NCBI GenBank assembly: GCA_016872215.1
Contig: VHAX01000005.1
Location: 12,542-76,541 of the forward strand
Direction of reading: 5' to 3'
Length of the DNA stretch: 64,000 nt
DNA from: Sphingomonadales bacterium
Lineage (GTDB): Bacteria > Bacteroidota > Bacteroidia > UBA7662
Shown here in pieces: positions 1 to 10,283 of the stretch (its first letter is position 1; each line of letters opens with the position of its first letter). A program made the position numbers and the translations under genes. The notes under the pieces are model-generated. The model was given only the letters and a program-made list of their open reading frames with translations. It was not told the DNA's origin and made no database searches.

Positions 1-2335
1 CCGAGCCGTCGAGCGAAAGGGCAACATCGGCCCGGGCTTTGTCACCATGCACGGGCCGCCCCCCTGCTACAAAGGGAGACATAAATCCTAATGACTGATC
101 CGGCATCAGGCGGAGAGGCTCACGTATAGGCAGGAAAGTGGGAGAGATCAGTTCACCCTGAAGCCGTAGGCTATCCAAGGCATCGTCGAAGTCGAGTCTT
201 CCTAATGCGAATTCATCGATGCGGTAGAAGAACTCCTCTCTTTTGTAGGCGCCCCCTTGAATAGACGGCTCATCGAAATACACGAAGCTATGGCCGATAC
301 TGCTGAAATGCGGGAAGCGATAATCCGGTTTTCGGGCCGACTTCATATCCGGTGCGTCGATCTGCACACGACCGCTTATATCCTGTATGACTGTGCGCAG
401 CGGAATTTGTTTCCACCGACCCCTTTCGTCGCGTTCGTCCGACAAGGAATAAAGGGTAAGGGAACGTGCTGAATCGATGCGCACCTGATATTGGTCGTAG
501 TCGAATGAAAACGACCTGCCTTCAAATGCAAGGGGGCCAGCGGTAAACCGTCCCTCCCATTTCATATGAGTGCCTCGTTCTATGTTTATTTTTCCATTCT
601 TTGGGTGCAAAATCACGGAATGTGAGTCGTTCAACGCAACAGCCCGCACCCCTTCCACATGAAGTGATCCACCACGCAATGTATATCGGGCAAATGTACC
701 TGATGCGGGATTGGAAAGAATTCTGATGTGATCAAAGTCGGTATTATCGTCACTCTTGTTGAAATACCGTTCCAATTTCGGTAAGACGCGTACCTGATTC
801 TCTTCCTGATCGTAACCAACAAAGCCGGCTTGCGCCAGTTGGATAAACAGGCTTTGTACCGCTTCTGAAGTCATACGCATCGTACGGGCGTAACCTGCTG
901 CGTCCACAATTTCTAAACCGGTACGTAAAATATATTGAATGAATGTCCATAATTCATTGGAACCAGAAGCAGAGGTGATGGAGAGAAACTCACGCCGGTC
1001 GAAATAGGAGGTCGATACAAATAAGGCTGTCGAATCGTTGCGTCCTAAATAGCCCCTGAAATGAATGGTATCGTTGCCTTTTTTCCAATAGAGTTGCTCG
1101 CAATAGGCTTGTATGCGTGGGGCGGAGAGGATAAATGGACTTAAATTATGGGTTTTGAGGGGCATCCTGAGCCACATCTCGTTGCTTTCTATGTGGTATT
1201 CGAAGGATATACCGGGGTGTTGAATGCTATCGCCCCCCGAACGAATCACCACCGAGGCGAATGGACTCACAATTCTCGTGAGTGAAAAGTAGAGCGTGGA
1301 AGCTTCTACCGAAACTTCGGTTTGTGCATCGGGTTTCCAGGTCAAACTGGCAGGTCTATTGCTAAATGTGCGCAGAGCGTATCGGCGACCCACAAGAGAA
1401 TAATTGCCCAAGGTCACGGATTTGGGTAATCGTGCTGGTATGGTTCCGACCGGGGTGTTGCTTTCGAACCGCGGAAAATTAGGCTCTTCGCCTGATACAA
1501 GTCCGGTACGAATCCGGTCCTGCCAAACGCCGGTCAGTTTTTGCTTCAGGCTCGTGGTGTGTAAAAAGGCGCTATCGCATTTTGCCGTGGGTGTTTTTAA
1601 GTTAATTTGTAGTTTACTGAGTGTCGCATAAATCGAATCGGACGGGAGGCCCAACCTTGACCAGTCGACCCGCCCCGATTCGATTCTGATTTTATTCTCG
1701 ATAATTTGTCCCGAGATACCAAGCGCATTCATCGAAAATGAATCTTCTTCGGCGACACAGCACAATCGGGTTTTGGCACACCGAAATATGGGTGATTTTG
1801 TGCCAGAGAGCTCGAGGCTGAAATCCTGCACCTCGTCTAAACGCCATCCGAAGCCATCCGACCGATGAATCCAACCACCCCCAGCCAAACCCTCGGAAAA
1901 TTTCAGGAATTCTTCTAAATGTTGGGTTTGGGGTCTTTTGCTTAGGTATTGTAGATAGAATATGTGCCATTCATCGATCGATAAAATATATTCATCACCC
2001 CGGCTGTAGGTGAGTAACAAGCGGGTATAGGAGCCCAAAAACGGATAATCGGGCAGATTTCGCCCGTCCATCAGTTGCAATGCCTCTTCTATTCTTGCTT
2101 TTTGGTCTTCGCTGAAGGCGGTTGTCCATGCAAATGTAAATTTCTCACCGAGATCGCGGTAGGATTTATCCTGCACCTGCAACAAGCGCGCAGTGATTTG
2201 TGCACCCACGTTCGGGAGAGATTGACTTTTGGACCTAAAGGGCTGGGCGGTTGTAGGTCTATAACCAATTATGATCAAAAGCCCAATGAGAATGCATGTA
2301 CGGCTATATCGATATCTGAATAATCCGATATTCAT
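1..2335 (-). CDS. Large exported hypothetical protein, 3' end beyond the left edge (>=778 aa)
   Basis: Manual translation from ATG at 2335 (MNIGLFRYRYSRTCILIGLLIIIGYRPTTAQ..., signal peptide ending A-Q) stays open to position 1 (...FSFDYDQYQVRIDS...LMPDQSLGF...LSLDGS). It is absent from the ORF track because it has no stop inside the window. It starts 2 bp after the prmA stop. Confidence 0.85.
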   Translation of the reverse strand, partial: MNIGLFRYRYSRTCILIGLLIIIGYRPTTAQPFRSKSQSLPNVGAQITARLLQVQDKSYRDLGEKFTFAWTTAFSEDQKARIEEALQLMDGRNLPDYPFLGSYTRLLLTYSRGDEYILSIDEWHIFYLQYLSKRPQTQHLEEFLKFSEGLAGGGWIHRSDGFGWRLDEVQDFSLELSGTKSPIFRCAKTRLCCVAEEDSFSMNALGISGQIIENKIRIESGRVDWSRLGLPSDSIYATLSKLQINLKTPTAKCDSAFLHTTSLKQKLTGVWQDRIRTGLVSGEEPNFPRFESNTPVGTIPARLPKSVTLGNYSLVGRRYALRTFSNRPASLTWKPDAQTEVSVEASTLYFSLTRIVSPFASVVIRSGGDSIQHPGISFEYHIESNEMWLRMPLKTHNLSPFILSAPRIQAYCEQLYWKKGNDTIHFRGYLGRNDSTALFVSTSYFDRREFLSITSASGSNELWTFIQYILRTGLEIVDAAGYARTMRMTSEAVQSLFIQLAQAGFVGYDQEENQVRVLPKLERYFNKSDDNTDFDHIRILSNPASGTFARYTLRGGSLHVEGVRAVALNDSHSVILHPKNGKINIERGTHMKWEGRFTAGPLAFEGRSFSFDYDQYQVRIDSARSLTLYSLSDERDERGRWKQIPLRTVIQDISGRVQIDAPDMKSARKPDYRFPHFSSIGHSFVYFDEPSIQGGAYKREEFFYRIDEFALGRLDFDDALDSLRLQGELISPTFLPIREPLRLMPDQSLGFMSPFVAGGRPVHGDKARADVALSLDGS

Positions 2336-2337
2336 GA

Positions 2338-3162
2338 TTAGGGTTTGTGGAAAACAGATACTGCCCAGATACCTTCTGTATAGAATGCATCGACCACAAT
2401 ACCCTGTTTGATACCTTGTTCCGCGATCCGATCATGGCCCTCCGGGTAATAACCGCTGCAGATGAGAATTCCTCCTTGTTTTAGATGTCCGATCATTTTT
2501 ACCAGACCCTGCAGAATGATGTTTTGATTGATGTTGGCTAAGATCACATCGTATTCACCTTCAATCGATTCGAATGAACCTTGAAGAGCAACCAATGCAA
2601 CATTATTTCGTGACGCATTTTCGCGTGCATTGAGGAAAGCCCATTCTTCGTGATCAATGGCCACCACCTCTCGGGCCCCCTTCTTTTTCACATATATGGC
2701 CAATATGCCTGTTCCACTCCCCATATCAAGCACGACCTTGCCATCCCACTCCATTTCGAGCATACGGCGCAAAATCCCCAGGGTTGTCGGATGGTGACCA
2801 GTGCCAAATGACATATGGGGTTCTATAACCAATTCCAATTCATAACCTGAATCTGGCGGGTGAAACGGCGCTCTGATTCTCAGACGATAATCAATGCTCA
2901 CAGGGGGGTAGTTCGATTCCCAAACCTGATTCCAGTTGACCTGTGGCTCCTCCTCGAACGCCAAAATGACCAGTCCCTGTTCTTTTAGTGTTTTGAGACC
3001 ACGATCAATGAGCTCTTGATTTTCCTGACTCTGAATACACCAGGCTATGAGCTCATCGCTGCTGTTGTCGTCGAAGGTGTCGAAGGGCAGCTCCGACAAA
3101 TAGGCCAGCCAGATGTCTTTGTTCTCGGGGTTTACCTCAAATGTGTAGCGCAAATATCGCAT
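2338..3162 (-). CDS. prmA: Ribosomal protein L11 methyltransferase
   Basis: IEPHMSFGTGHHPTT, VLDMGSGTGILAI and DVILANIN motifs. Confidence 0.95.
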   Translation of the reverse strand: MRYLRYTFEVNPENKDIWLAYLSELPFDTFDDNSSDELIAWCIQSQENQELIDRGLKTLKEQGLVILAFEEEPQVNWNQVWESNYPPVSIDYRLRIRAPFHPPDSGYELELVIEPHMSFGTGHHPTTLGILRRMLEMEWDGKVVLDMGSGTGILAIYVKKKGAREVVAIDHEEWAFLNARENASRNNVALVALQGSFESIEGEYDVILANINQNIILQGLVKMIGHLKQGGILICSGYYPEGHDRIAEQGIKQGIVVDAFYTEGIWAVSVFHKP

Positions 3163-3167
3163 GTCAC

Positions 3168-3950
3168 TCAGCGTGCGCAGGCTTTTACGATGTCCACGAA
3201 TGATCTAGAATTAAGTGAGGCTCCGCCGATGAGTCCGCCATCCACATCGGGCATACAAAATAGTTCATCTGCGTTTTCGGCCTTTACGGATCCTCCGTAT
3301 AATATGCTGGTGGTGGCGGCCACGCTATTGGATACCTGATCTCTTAGCCACTCACGAATCATCCCATGAACCTCAGAGGCTTGCTGCGGAGTGGCGGTCT
3401 TCCCCGTGCCTATTGCCCAAACTGGCTCATAGGCAATCACAAACGGAATGGGACTTTCCCGAAGGAGGTCTGATAGTCCCTCCCGCAGCTGTTGCTCAAT
3501 AACTTTTTCCACGCGCCCCTCTTCCCGCTCCTGAAGCGTTTCGCCAACACAATAAATCGGGCAACCCCCAGCCTCCACTATCCTGACAATTTTCTCTCGA
3601 CACATTTCATTGGTTTCGCCGTGGTAGGACCTGCGTTCGCTGTGACCCACTAAAATATGACTGACCCCGATTGAGGTTAACATTTCAGCAGAAATTTCTC
3701 CGGTAAAGGCACCCTTTGAATGAGCGCTACAATCCTGCGCGCCCCACAATAAGGTCATTCCTATGGACGAAAACAGCGATTTTAAAGAGGCCAGATGCAC
3801 AGTTGGAGGAATTAGAATGGTATGAACATGACCCCGAAGCTCATCTTCAAGCATCGGTATAATCTCCGAAACTAATTTCTTGCCCTCCTCGGGGGTTGTG
3901 TTCATTTTCCAGTTTCCGGCAACAATTCGGGTGGGGTTATTTTGGCTCAT
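3168..3950 (-). CDS. tpiA: Triosephosphate isomerase
   Basis: AGNWKMN, GHSERR, AYEPVWAIGTG and GGASL motifs. Confidence 0.98.
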   Translation of the reverse strand: MSQNNPTRIVAGNWKMNTTPEEGKKLVSEIIPMLEDELRGHVHTILIPPTVHLASLKSLFSSIGMTLLWGAQDCSAHSKGAFTGEISAEMLTSIGVSHILVGHSERRSYHGETNEMCREKIVRIVEAGGCPIYCVGETLQEREEGRVEKVIEQQLREGLSDLLRESPIPFVIAYEPVWAIGTGKTATPQQASEVHGMIREWLRDQVSNSVAATTSILYGGSVKAENADELFCMPDVDGGLIGGASLNSRSFVDIVKACAR

Positions 3951-3999
3951 TTCTACTTTAACTGGTTTATGATTCTGGGCATTTGAAACCTATATAGTA

Positions 4000-5217
4000 T
4001 TACCCTTCGTTATTCTCTTTTTTTTCCCATGTTCGCTGGCGTGCAGTTTCCACAAATACGGATTTCATAATCTGTTCCTCGGTTTCATCAAATGCCAATT
4101 TGCGACGTTCCATGACACGAGCCGCGGTTTGTGAAAATTTGTCGAACCGAAATGTCTCCAATCCCTGCGCCCCGCCCCAGCAAAAGGAAGGAAGAAAGTT
4201 CCGGGGGTATCCGGCGCCAAATACATTTGCTCCTACCCCAATCACCGTGCCCGTATTCAGCATGGTGTTAATTCCCGTCTTGGAATGGTCGCCCATCACG
4301 ATACCGGCAAACTGCAGACCTGTTTGCCTGAACCGACCCAAATGCTCGTCCCAAAACTTCACCGTTTCGTAGTTGTTTTTCAAATTGGAATTGTTGGTGT
4401 CGGCGCCCCAGTTGCACCAGTGACCGATTACGGCCTGCCCCATAAATCCTTCGTGTCCTTTGTTGGAATGGCCAAAAAATATGGAGTTGGTGATTTCACC
4501 ACCCACCTTGCAATTTGGGCCCACGCTTGTAGCACCATAAATTTTTGCGCCCATTTTCACTTCCGAATGAGGTCCCAGGTAAAAGGGCCCTCTAATCATG
4601 GCCCCTTCCATCACTGTAGAACCCGCGCTCAAGTAGATGGGACCATCAGAGGCGTTCAGATATGCATGTTCAACTCTTGCGCCCTTTTCCAAATAAATGT
4701 GCTCGGCAGACATCACACGGTTGGTGGACGAGAGTTCTCCAAACGCATGAATTAATTTTTTCCTGAGCAGATCACGGCCGACTTCTTCTGCATTGCTGAC
4801 GAATAAATCCTCCGGAAAAGAAATCATCCGAAAGCGTCCGGACTCCATTATTTCTGTTAGGCCTTGAGAACGTAGTTTTTCAGGATCCGTGGGCAAAGTA
4901 GATATACGGGTTTTGCAAAGTATGACGCGACCCGATTGGCATATGAAGCTCTCGGCAGAAAGATTCCGAATTTGCTCCAGTGCGAATTCATCCGGAAGGC
5001 AGGCACCGTTGATGTACATGTTGTTGTCCGATTGATGAGTCGGGTAACGTACACTTAGGTAAGACCGGAAAGGTTGGTAAGATGATGAATCATTCAGGTA
5101 TAGATCCCATTTCTCTTTGATGCTGAACATCCCGACTCTCAATTCACAGGATGGTCGGGTGTAGGTCAAAGGCAGCAGATGTTCGGACTGAACATCATCA
5201 AACAATACAAGATTCAT
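4000..5217 (-). CDS. GlmU-like putative sugar nucleotidyltransferase with left-handed beta-helix
   Basis: LLPLTYTRP N-terminus, hexapeptide repeats, NKGHEGF and GADTNNSNLKN. ATG 5217 preferred over GTG 5223. Confidence 0.85.
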   Translation of the reverse strand: MNLVLFDDVQSEHLLPLTYTRPSCELRVGMFSIKEKWDLYLNDSSSYQPFRSYLSVRYPTHQSDNNMYINGACLPDEFALEQIRNLSAESFICQSGRVILCKTRISTLPTDPEKLRSQGLTEIMESGRFRMISFPEDLFVSNAEEVGRDLLRKKLIHAFGELSSTNRVMSAEHIYLEKGARVEHAYLNASDGPIYLSAGSTVMEGAMIRGPFYLGPHSEVKMGAKIYGATSVGPNCKVGGEITNSIFFGHSNKGHEGFMGQAVIGHWCNWGADTNNSNLKNNYETVKFWDEHLGRFRQTGLQFAGIVMGDHSKTGINTMLNTGTVIGVGANVFGAGYPRNFLPSFCWGGAQGLETFRFDKFSQTAARVMERRKLAFDETEEQIMKSVFVETARQRTWEKKENNEG

Positions 5218-5248
5218 CCCCACAAGATAAGGAAAAATCGCCCTGCGA

Positions 5249-7789
5249 CTATTCGGAAGCGACGTCTTTAGCCTTTTTAGCTTTTTTCAGTGTCACAACA
5301 CGCATACCCTCCTCTGGGTGGTGGTCCAGCTGGATTTTGTCACCCTCTTTCAGTCCACCCGCAATGACCTTTTCCGCCATTACATCTTCCACATACTTTT
5401 GAACGGCCCGCTTGAGTGGACGGGCTCCAAATTGCGGGTCAAACCCTTTTTCAATTAGGAAGTCTCGGGCTGCGTCGGTCAACGATAGTTCAAATCCAAG
5501 ATCGAGCAGGCGTTTGCAAACACTGTCGAGCACCAGGTCGATGATTTTCAGAATTTCCGGTTTGTCGAGCGCGTTGAACATAATTACGTCATCTACCCTA
5601 TTCAAAAATTCGGGAGAGAATGTCTTTTTCAGAGCGTTCTGAAGAATGGCATTGGATTCGGTTTCCGTAGCACTACGTTTTGCGGCGGTGTTGAAACCAA
5701 CACCAGTACCAAAATCCTTCAACTGCCTGCTTCCAATGTTGGAGGTGAGAATTATAATGGTGTTGCGAAAATCCACCCTTCGACCCAATCCGTCGGTTAG
5801 TTGACCATCGTCCAAAACCTGCAGCAGCAAATTGAAAATATCGGGGTGTGCCTTTTCAATTTCGTCGAGTAAAACAACGGAATACGGCTTCCTTCTCACC
5901 TTCTCGGTCAATTGTCCGCCTTCTTCATAGCCTACATAGCCAGGGGGTGCACCGACGAGACGCGAAACACTGAACTTCTCCATATACTCGCTCATGTCGA
6001 TGCGCACGAGCGATTCCTCTGTATCGAACAGGTAGCGCGCCAGTTCCTTCGCCAGTTCCGTTTTCCCTACGCCGGTGGGACCCAGGAAAATGAACGATCC
6101 GATAGGTTTTCGGGGATCTTTCAATCCCGCCCGGGTTCGTTGTATGGCTTTGGATATCAAATCCACAGCCTTATTCTGACCAATCACCCGATTTTTAAGA
6201 TGCTCGTTCATTCCTGTAAGGCGCATCCCTTCATCTTTTCCGACACGTGTTACCGGTATCCCCGACATCATGGCCACTACCTCGGCTATATTGGGTTCGT
6301 CGACCACATGGCGTTGCTGTTTCGATTGTTCTTCCCAAACCGTGCGTACTTCCTCGAGCTGATCCATCAACTTTTTCTCCGTGTCACGCAGACGGGCTGC
6401 TTCCTCGTATTTCTGTGAGCGTACTACCTGTGATTTTTGTTCTTTGATTTTTTCAATCTGCTCCTCGAGAGTGACGATCTGTTCTGGAACATTAATGTTG
6501 GCGATGTGCACCCTTGCGCCTGCTTCATCCAGAGCATCAATGGCCTTGTCTGGTAGAAAACGGTCGGAAATATAGCGGTCAGTGAGCTTGACGCAAGCTT
6601 CGATGGCGGCCACGGTGTATGTGACGTTGTGGTGCTCCTCGTATTTTTCTTTAATGTTTCCCAGAATTTGAATCGTTTCATAAGCAGACGGAGGGTCAAC
6701 CATTACCTTTTGAAAACGTCGATCCAAAGCGCCATCCTTTTCGATGTATTGCCGGTATTCATTGAGGGTTGTTGCGCCAATGCACTGCACTTCTCCTCGG
6801 GATAGGGCGGGCTTGAACATATTGCTCGCATCCAAGGAACCACTCGCACCACCGGCACCCACAAGCGTGTGGATTTCATCTATAAACAACAGCACGTCCG
6901 GACTTTTTTCCAGTTCGGCCATTACCGATTTCATGCGTTCCTCGAATTGACCACGGTATTTGGTACCAGCCACCAGGGATGACAGGTCAAGCGTGACAAT
7001 ACGCTTGTTGAACAGCACACGCGATACTTTTTTCTGCTGTATCCTTAGCGCCAAGCCTTCGGCAATAGCTGTTTTGCCGACCCCGGGTTCCCCAATAAGG
7101 ATGGGATTGTTTTTTTTACGACGACTCAGAATCTGCGAGACCCGTTCAATCTCCTTTTCCCTACCAATGATTGGATCCAACTTACCTTCTTCGGCCAGTT
7201 GCGATAAATCACGCCCGAAGTTGTCGAGTACGGGTGTTTTGCTTTTCGGGTTGGAATGCCCCTTCTTGCCACTATCTGATGTCTTTTTGTCATCCTCCAA
7301 ATAAGAATCATCGCCAGTTGATGCACGGGGTATATCCTCCCGATTGCGTCCCTCCAGCATCTGATCGAGCTCCTCTTTCACAGCTTCGTATGTGATGTCG
7401 AATTTTTCAAGAATCCGTGTGGCCAGACTTTCCTCTTCACGCAAAATCGATAAAAGCAGATGAACGGTTCCAACCAATTCGCTTTTGAAAATCTTTGCCT
7501 CCAAAAAGGTGATTTTCAACACTTTTTCCGCCTGTTTGGTGAGCGGGAGGTTGTCGGCCGACGTGGGTGGATTGTTGCCTGTTCCCCTGATGGCGTCTTC
7601 TACCGATTTTTTGAGGCGATTAAGATCGACCCCCAAACTTATCAATGTTTTAATGGCCTGACCGTCGCCTTCACGAATCAATCCCAGCAGAAGGTGACAA
7701 GGATCAATATAATCGTGCCCCATCCGCAATGCTTCTTCCTTGCTATATGAAATAACATCTTTGACTTTGGGGGAAAATTTAGCGTCCAT
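5249..7789 (-). CDS. clpC: ATP-dependent Clp protease ATP-binding subunit ClpC
   Basis: Clp-N repeats, Walker A motifs GEPGVGKT and GPTGVGKT, UVR-type middle domain (YEEAARLRD), GVGF ClpP-docking loop. Likely start MDAKFS at 7789. Confidence 0.95.
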   Translation of the reverse strand: MDAKFSPKVKDVISYSKEEALRMGHDYIDPCHLLLGLIREGDGQAIKTLISLGVDLNRLKKSVEDAIRGTGNNPPTSADNLPLTKQAEKVLKITFLEAKIFKSELVGTVHLLLSILREEESLATRILEKFDITYEAVKEELDQMLEGRNREDIPRASTGDDSYLEDDKKTSDSGKKGHSNPKSKTPVLDNFGRDLSQLAEEGKLDPIIGREKEIERVSQILSRRKKNNPILIGEPGVGKTAIAEGLALRIQQKKVSRVLFNKRIVTLDLSSLVAGTKYRGQFEERMKSVMAELEKSPDVLLFIDEIHTLVGAGGASGSLDASNMFKPALSRGEVQCIGATTLNEYRQYIEKDGALDRRFQKVMVDPPSAYETIQILGNIKEKYEEHHNVTYTVAAIEACVKLTDRYISDRFLPDKAIDALDEAGARVHIANINVPEQIVTLEEQIEKIKEQKSQVVRSQKYEEAARLRDTEKKLMDQLEEVRTVWEEQSKQQRHVVDEPNIAEVVAMMSGIPVTRVGKDEGMRLTGMNEHLKNRVIGQNKAVDLISKAIQRTRAGLKDPRKPIGSFIFLGPTGVGKTELAKELARYLFDTEESLVRIDMSEYMEKFSVSRLVGAPPGYVGYEEGGQLTEKVRRKPYSVVLLDEIEKAHPDIFNLLLQVLDDGQLTDGLGRRVDFRNTIIILTSNIGSRQLKDFGTGVGFNTAAKRSATETESNAILQNALKKTFSPEFLNRVDDVIMFNALDKPEILKIIDLVLDSVCKRLLDLGFELSLTDAARDFLIEKGFDPQFGARPLKRAVQKYVEDVMAEKVIAGGLKEGDKIQLDHHPEEGMRVVTLKKAKKAKDVASE

Positions 7790-7855
7790 GTAGCGGGATT
7801 GCGAATAATTCAGCACAAAAATACAGGGAGTGAAGGAAGTTTCGACCCTTGCCAA

Positions 7856-7892
7856 TAAAAACAACACAGCCCGTAAAAAGTTCCGGGTTGTG
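7856..7892 (-). terminator. Probable intrinsic terminator after the 729-aa T9SS gene
   Basis: Minus strand CACAACCCG...CGGGCTGTG stem (1 mismatch) followed by TTGTTTTT. Confidence 0.5.
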
Positions 7893-7915
7893 CGGTTTTG
7901 AAAATGTGTGGAACC

Positions 7916-10105
7916 CTACTTATGCTCAACAAGAAGTCGGGCAATGGATTGAAGATGCCTGCCGCTGGCTTGAATCAGGTACAATCCGTTGGGCGCGTCG
8001 GTAGGTATAGAAAATCGATGCTTTTGAATCCCAGAATTGAAGGCCACGTTGTAAACGGAAATAGCCCGTCCTGTCAAGTCACGAAGGGTCAGTTGAAGTT
8101 GGTCAGGTTGATTCAGTTCAAACTCTATCATGAAGAAATCTGAGGCTGGATTGGGATAAATGTGCATATTTTGCACAGAAACCGGTCGATCGAAAATGCC
8201 GGTTGATCCACCGCTCCCGACGAAACCATGTACATCGGCCCTGTTCCTTGGCTGAAGTTTCCAGTTTGAGAAATTAAAGGTAAGAATGCCACGAATGAAA
8301 TTAAGTCGCTGCCTAAATGTTAGGGAATCCGTGTTGAAATTTTGACCCAGGTCTAAGCTCGACAAGGTAACACCGCCCCGAACCCTGAGTCCCGCCGAGG
8401 AAATGGAATCTGGATAAATCAGGAATTCTCCGAAATTACTGGGTGCGTCGGGGTTTTGGTTCACCACATATTGATTCAGGAACTCGATGAGCATCGACTC
8501 ATAAGCTTCAGTGTAATTGTAGCTTCTCGCCATGACGGAGTCGATGGGTAGTTGCACGGGAATATAAGGTTGACCACTACCCAAAAATTCATAGGCCAAT
8601 ACTTCAAGAGTGGTGATTCCAAAATCTTCCAGCACCATGGCCGACGTAATCCGGATACTGTCGCCTCTCAATCGGGTGTCGATGTCGGTCGATCCCAGGT
8701 TATCGGGACGTACAGTGATTCCGCAAAATGCATCACGTCCGTCCTGGAAAATAATGCGTCCGTAGTCGGTGGGACTCAGGGTCGACATCAAACGCCCTCT
8801 CAAATCCATACCCGTCAATATCGTTCCGTCATAGATAGAACGACCGCTTACATAAGGCGTTTCTTGAATTTGGGAAATTCTGATGATTCCTCCGTTCACA
8901 ATTCGCAACAGACCAAAGCGCTGAACGGTATCCGGGCTCACGGCCGTGTTGCCCTGATTATCGATTGCCCGGATGAAGTAACGGATGTACCCCAGATTCT
9001 GTGTGAGTACCGATCCAGGAATAACGGCAGAGAACGAATCAACCGCGACTGTCGTCATGGAAACGGAATCGTAGGGTGTGCCACTCAAACCGGGTGCAAA
9101 AAATAACTTGGCAGAAGTCACAGAACCGTCAAGGTCGGTGATGCGTGCGGCTATCGTAACGGGCTGTGCAACCGCTGGAACCATAGGATTGGCCGTCATA
9201 TTGGCCACAAAAGGTGGAGAGGCAGTGACCGGGCCCAAATCTGTGGGAATCAGCGGCACAATTTCATACCTCGGATACAAGGTTAAGAAATTGGTTTCGG
9301 TGATGACCCCCCGAATATACTCAAACGCTTTTCCTTGCTGTACGAAAACAGTTGCCTGCGGATTGGGCGGTGTTGAGGCGGTTGATGAAATAAAGGGGGG
9401 TCTAAAATACCTTGAGGCATCGCGAACATTCATTTCGGCACCCGAAGCGTCACGTACGAGCCATGAGACCCTACCCCCGCCGAAAATGCTAACCCCGGTC
9501 ACCAAAACATTATTTAGCTGTACATACATGCCTTCATAGGGCTCACCGGTTGGCTTTTGTATGGCTTGGGGAATGAATGGATTGCCGGGATTGAATTGCA
9601 TAAACTGGTTCACACTCGTCGGCCGGGGAGCGGGAAGCGATGCTGAAAAGCCAACGACTTGTGTGGCCACAGGAATTAAGTTGATTTGTGTTTCGCCCGA
9701 ATTGGGGCTTGCATCTTGATATTCAGAAACAACTCCCGTACATTCAACAATATTGCCGGGTTGGAAATTGTTGAAGAATCCGGTTGCTGATGAATCCGCA
9801 ATTAAGGGTAGGCGTACCAGAAGTCCGCGCCATGCATTATCGCTTAAACCATTCGTGTCGACCAAATAAGTGGCTTTCCAGTTGGGACTCAGTGCGTGGT
9901 CACGGGGATTGTAGATTACCAATCCGCGTACCCGAACCGTATCGCCCAAATAGCGTGAAAGAGTCCGGCCCGTAAGTAGTGTGTCGGGATGCACAAACTG
10001 TATGCTGTCGATGCTCCGAAGAGGGTAGTTTTGTGCTTGTACATCACGCAAGGCTGGAAGACTTAGTAGAACGGCGAAGAGGACTGTGGTACGATTAGGT
10101 GTCAT
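7916..10105 (-). CDS. T9SS-secreted protein (type A CTD) with duplicated OB-fold-like modules and a central Ig-like domain
   Basis: Signal peptide (VQA-Q), internal duplication (SIDSIQ/RISQIQ; PYEGMYV/AYESMLI), CTD motifs IYPNPA and GLYLI. Confidence 0.85.
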   Translation of the reverse strand: MTPNRTTVLFAVLLSLPALRDVQAQNYPLRSIDSIQFVHPDTLLTGRTLSRYLGDTVRVRGLVIYNPRDHALSPNWKATYLVDTNGLSDNAWRGLLVRLPLIADSSATGFFNNFQPGNIVECTGVVSEYQDASPNSGETQINLIPVATQVVGFSASLPAPRPTSVNQFMQFNPGNPFIPQAIQKPTGEPYEGMYVQLNNVLVTGVSIFGGGRVSWLVRDASGAEMNVRDASRYFRPPFISSTASTPPNPQATVFVQQGKAFEYIRGVITETNFLTLYPRYEIVPLIPTDLGPVTASPPFVANMTANPMVPAVAQPVTIAARITDLDGSVTSAKLFFAPGLSGTPYDSVSMTTVAVDSFSAVIPGSVLTQNLGYIRYFIRAIDNQGNTAVSPDTVQRFGLLRIVNGGIIRISQIQETPYVSGRSIYDGTILTGMDLRGRLMSTLSPTDYGRIIFQDGRDAFCGITVRPDNLGSTDIDTRLRGDSIRITSAMVLEDFGITTLEVLAYEFLGSGQPYIPVQLPIDSVMARSYNYTEAYESMLIEFLNQYVVNQNPDAPSNFGEFLIYPDSISSAGLRVRGGVTLSSLDLGQNFNTDSLTFRQRLNFIRGILTFNFSNWKLQPRNRADVHGFVGSGGSTGIFDRPVSVQNMHIYPNPASDFFMIEFELNQPDQLQLTLRDLTGRAISVYNVAFNSGIQKHRFSIPTDAPNGLYLIQASGRHLQSIARLLVEHK

Positions 10106-10283
10106 ATTTTAAATTTAGGCAAAATTGACCTTTTTCCCCGAAATTAGCAACAGAAGATTACCGACATTTTGGAAAGTTGATGATATGGTCAATTTTACTG
10201 CACTTTATCAAAATTTAATATAACAGACACAATATGAATACTTACTATTGTATCATTGATATAATCGTATTTAACATCCGACA

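Noticed and set aside
257-2323. Short ORFs listed in the track for 257-2323
   Set aside because: All overlap the long minus-strand CDS at <1-2335 and are shadows.
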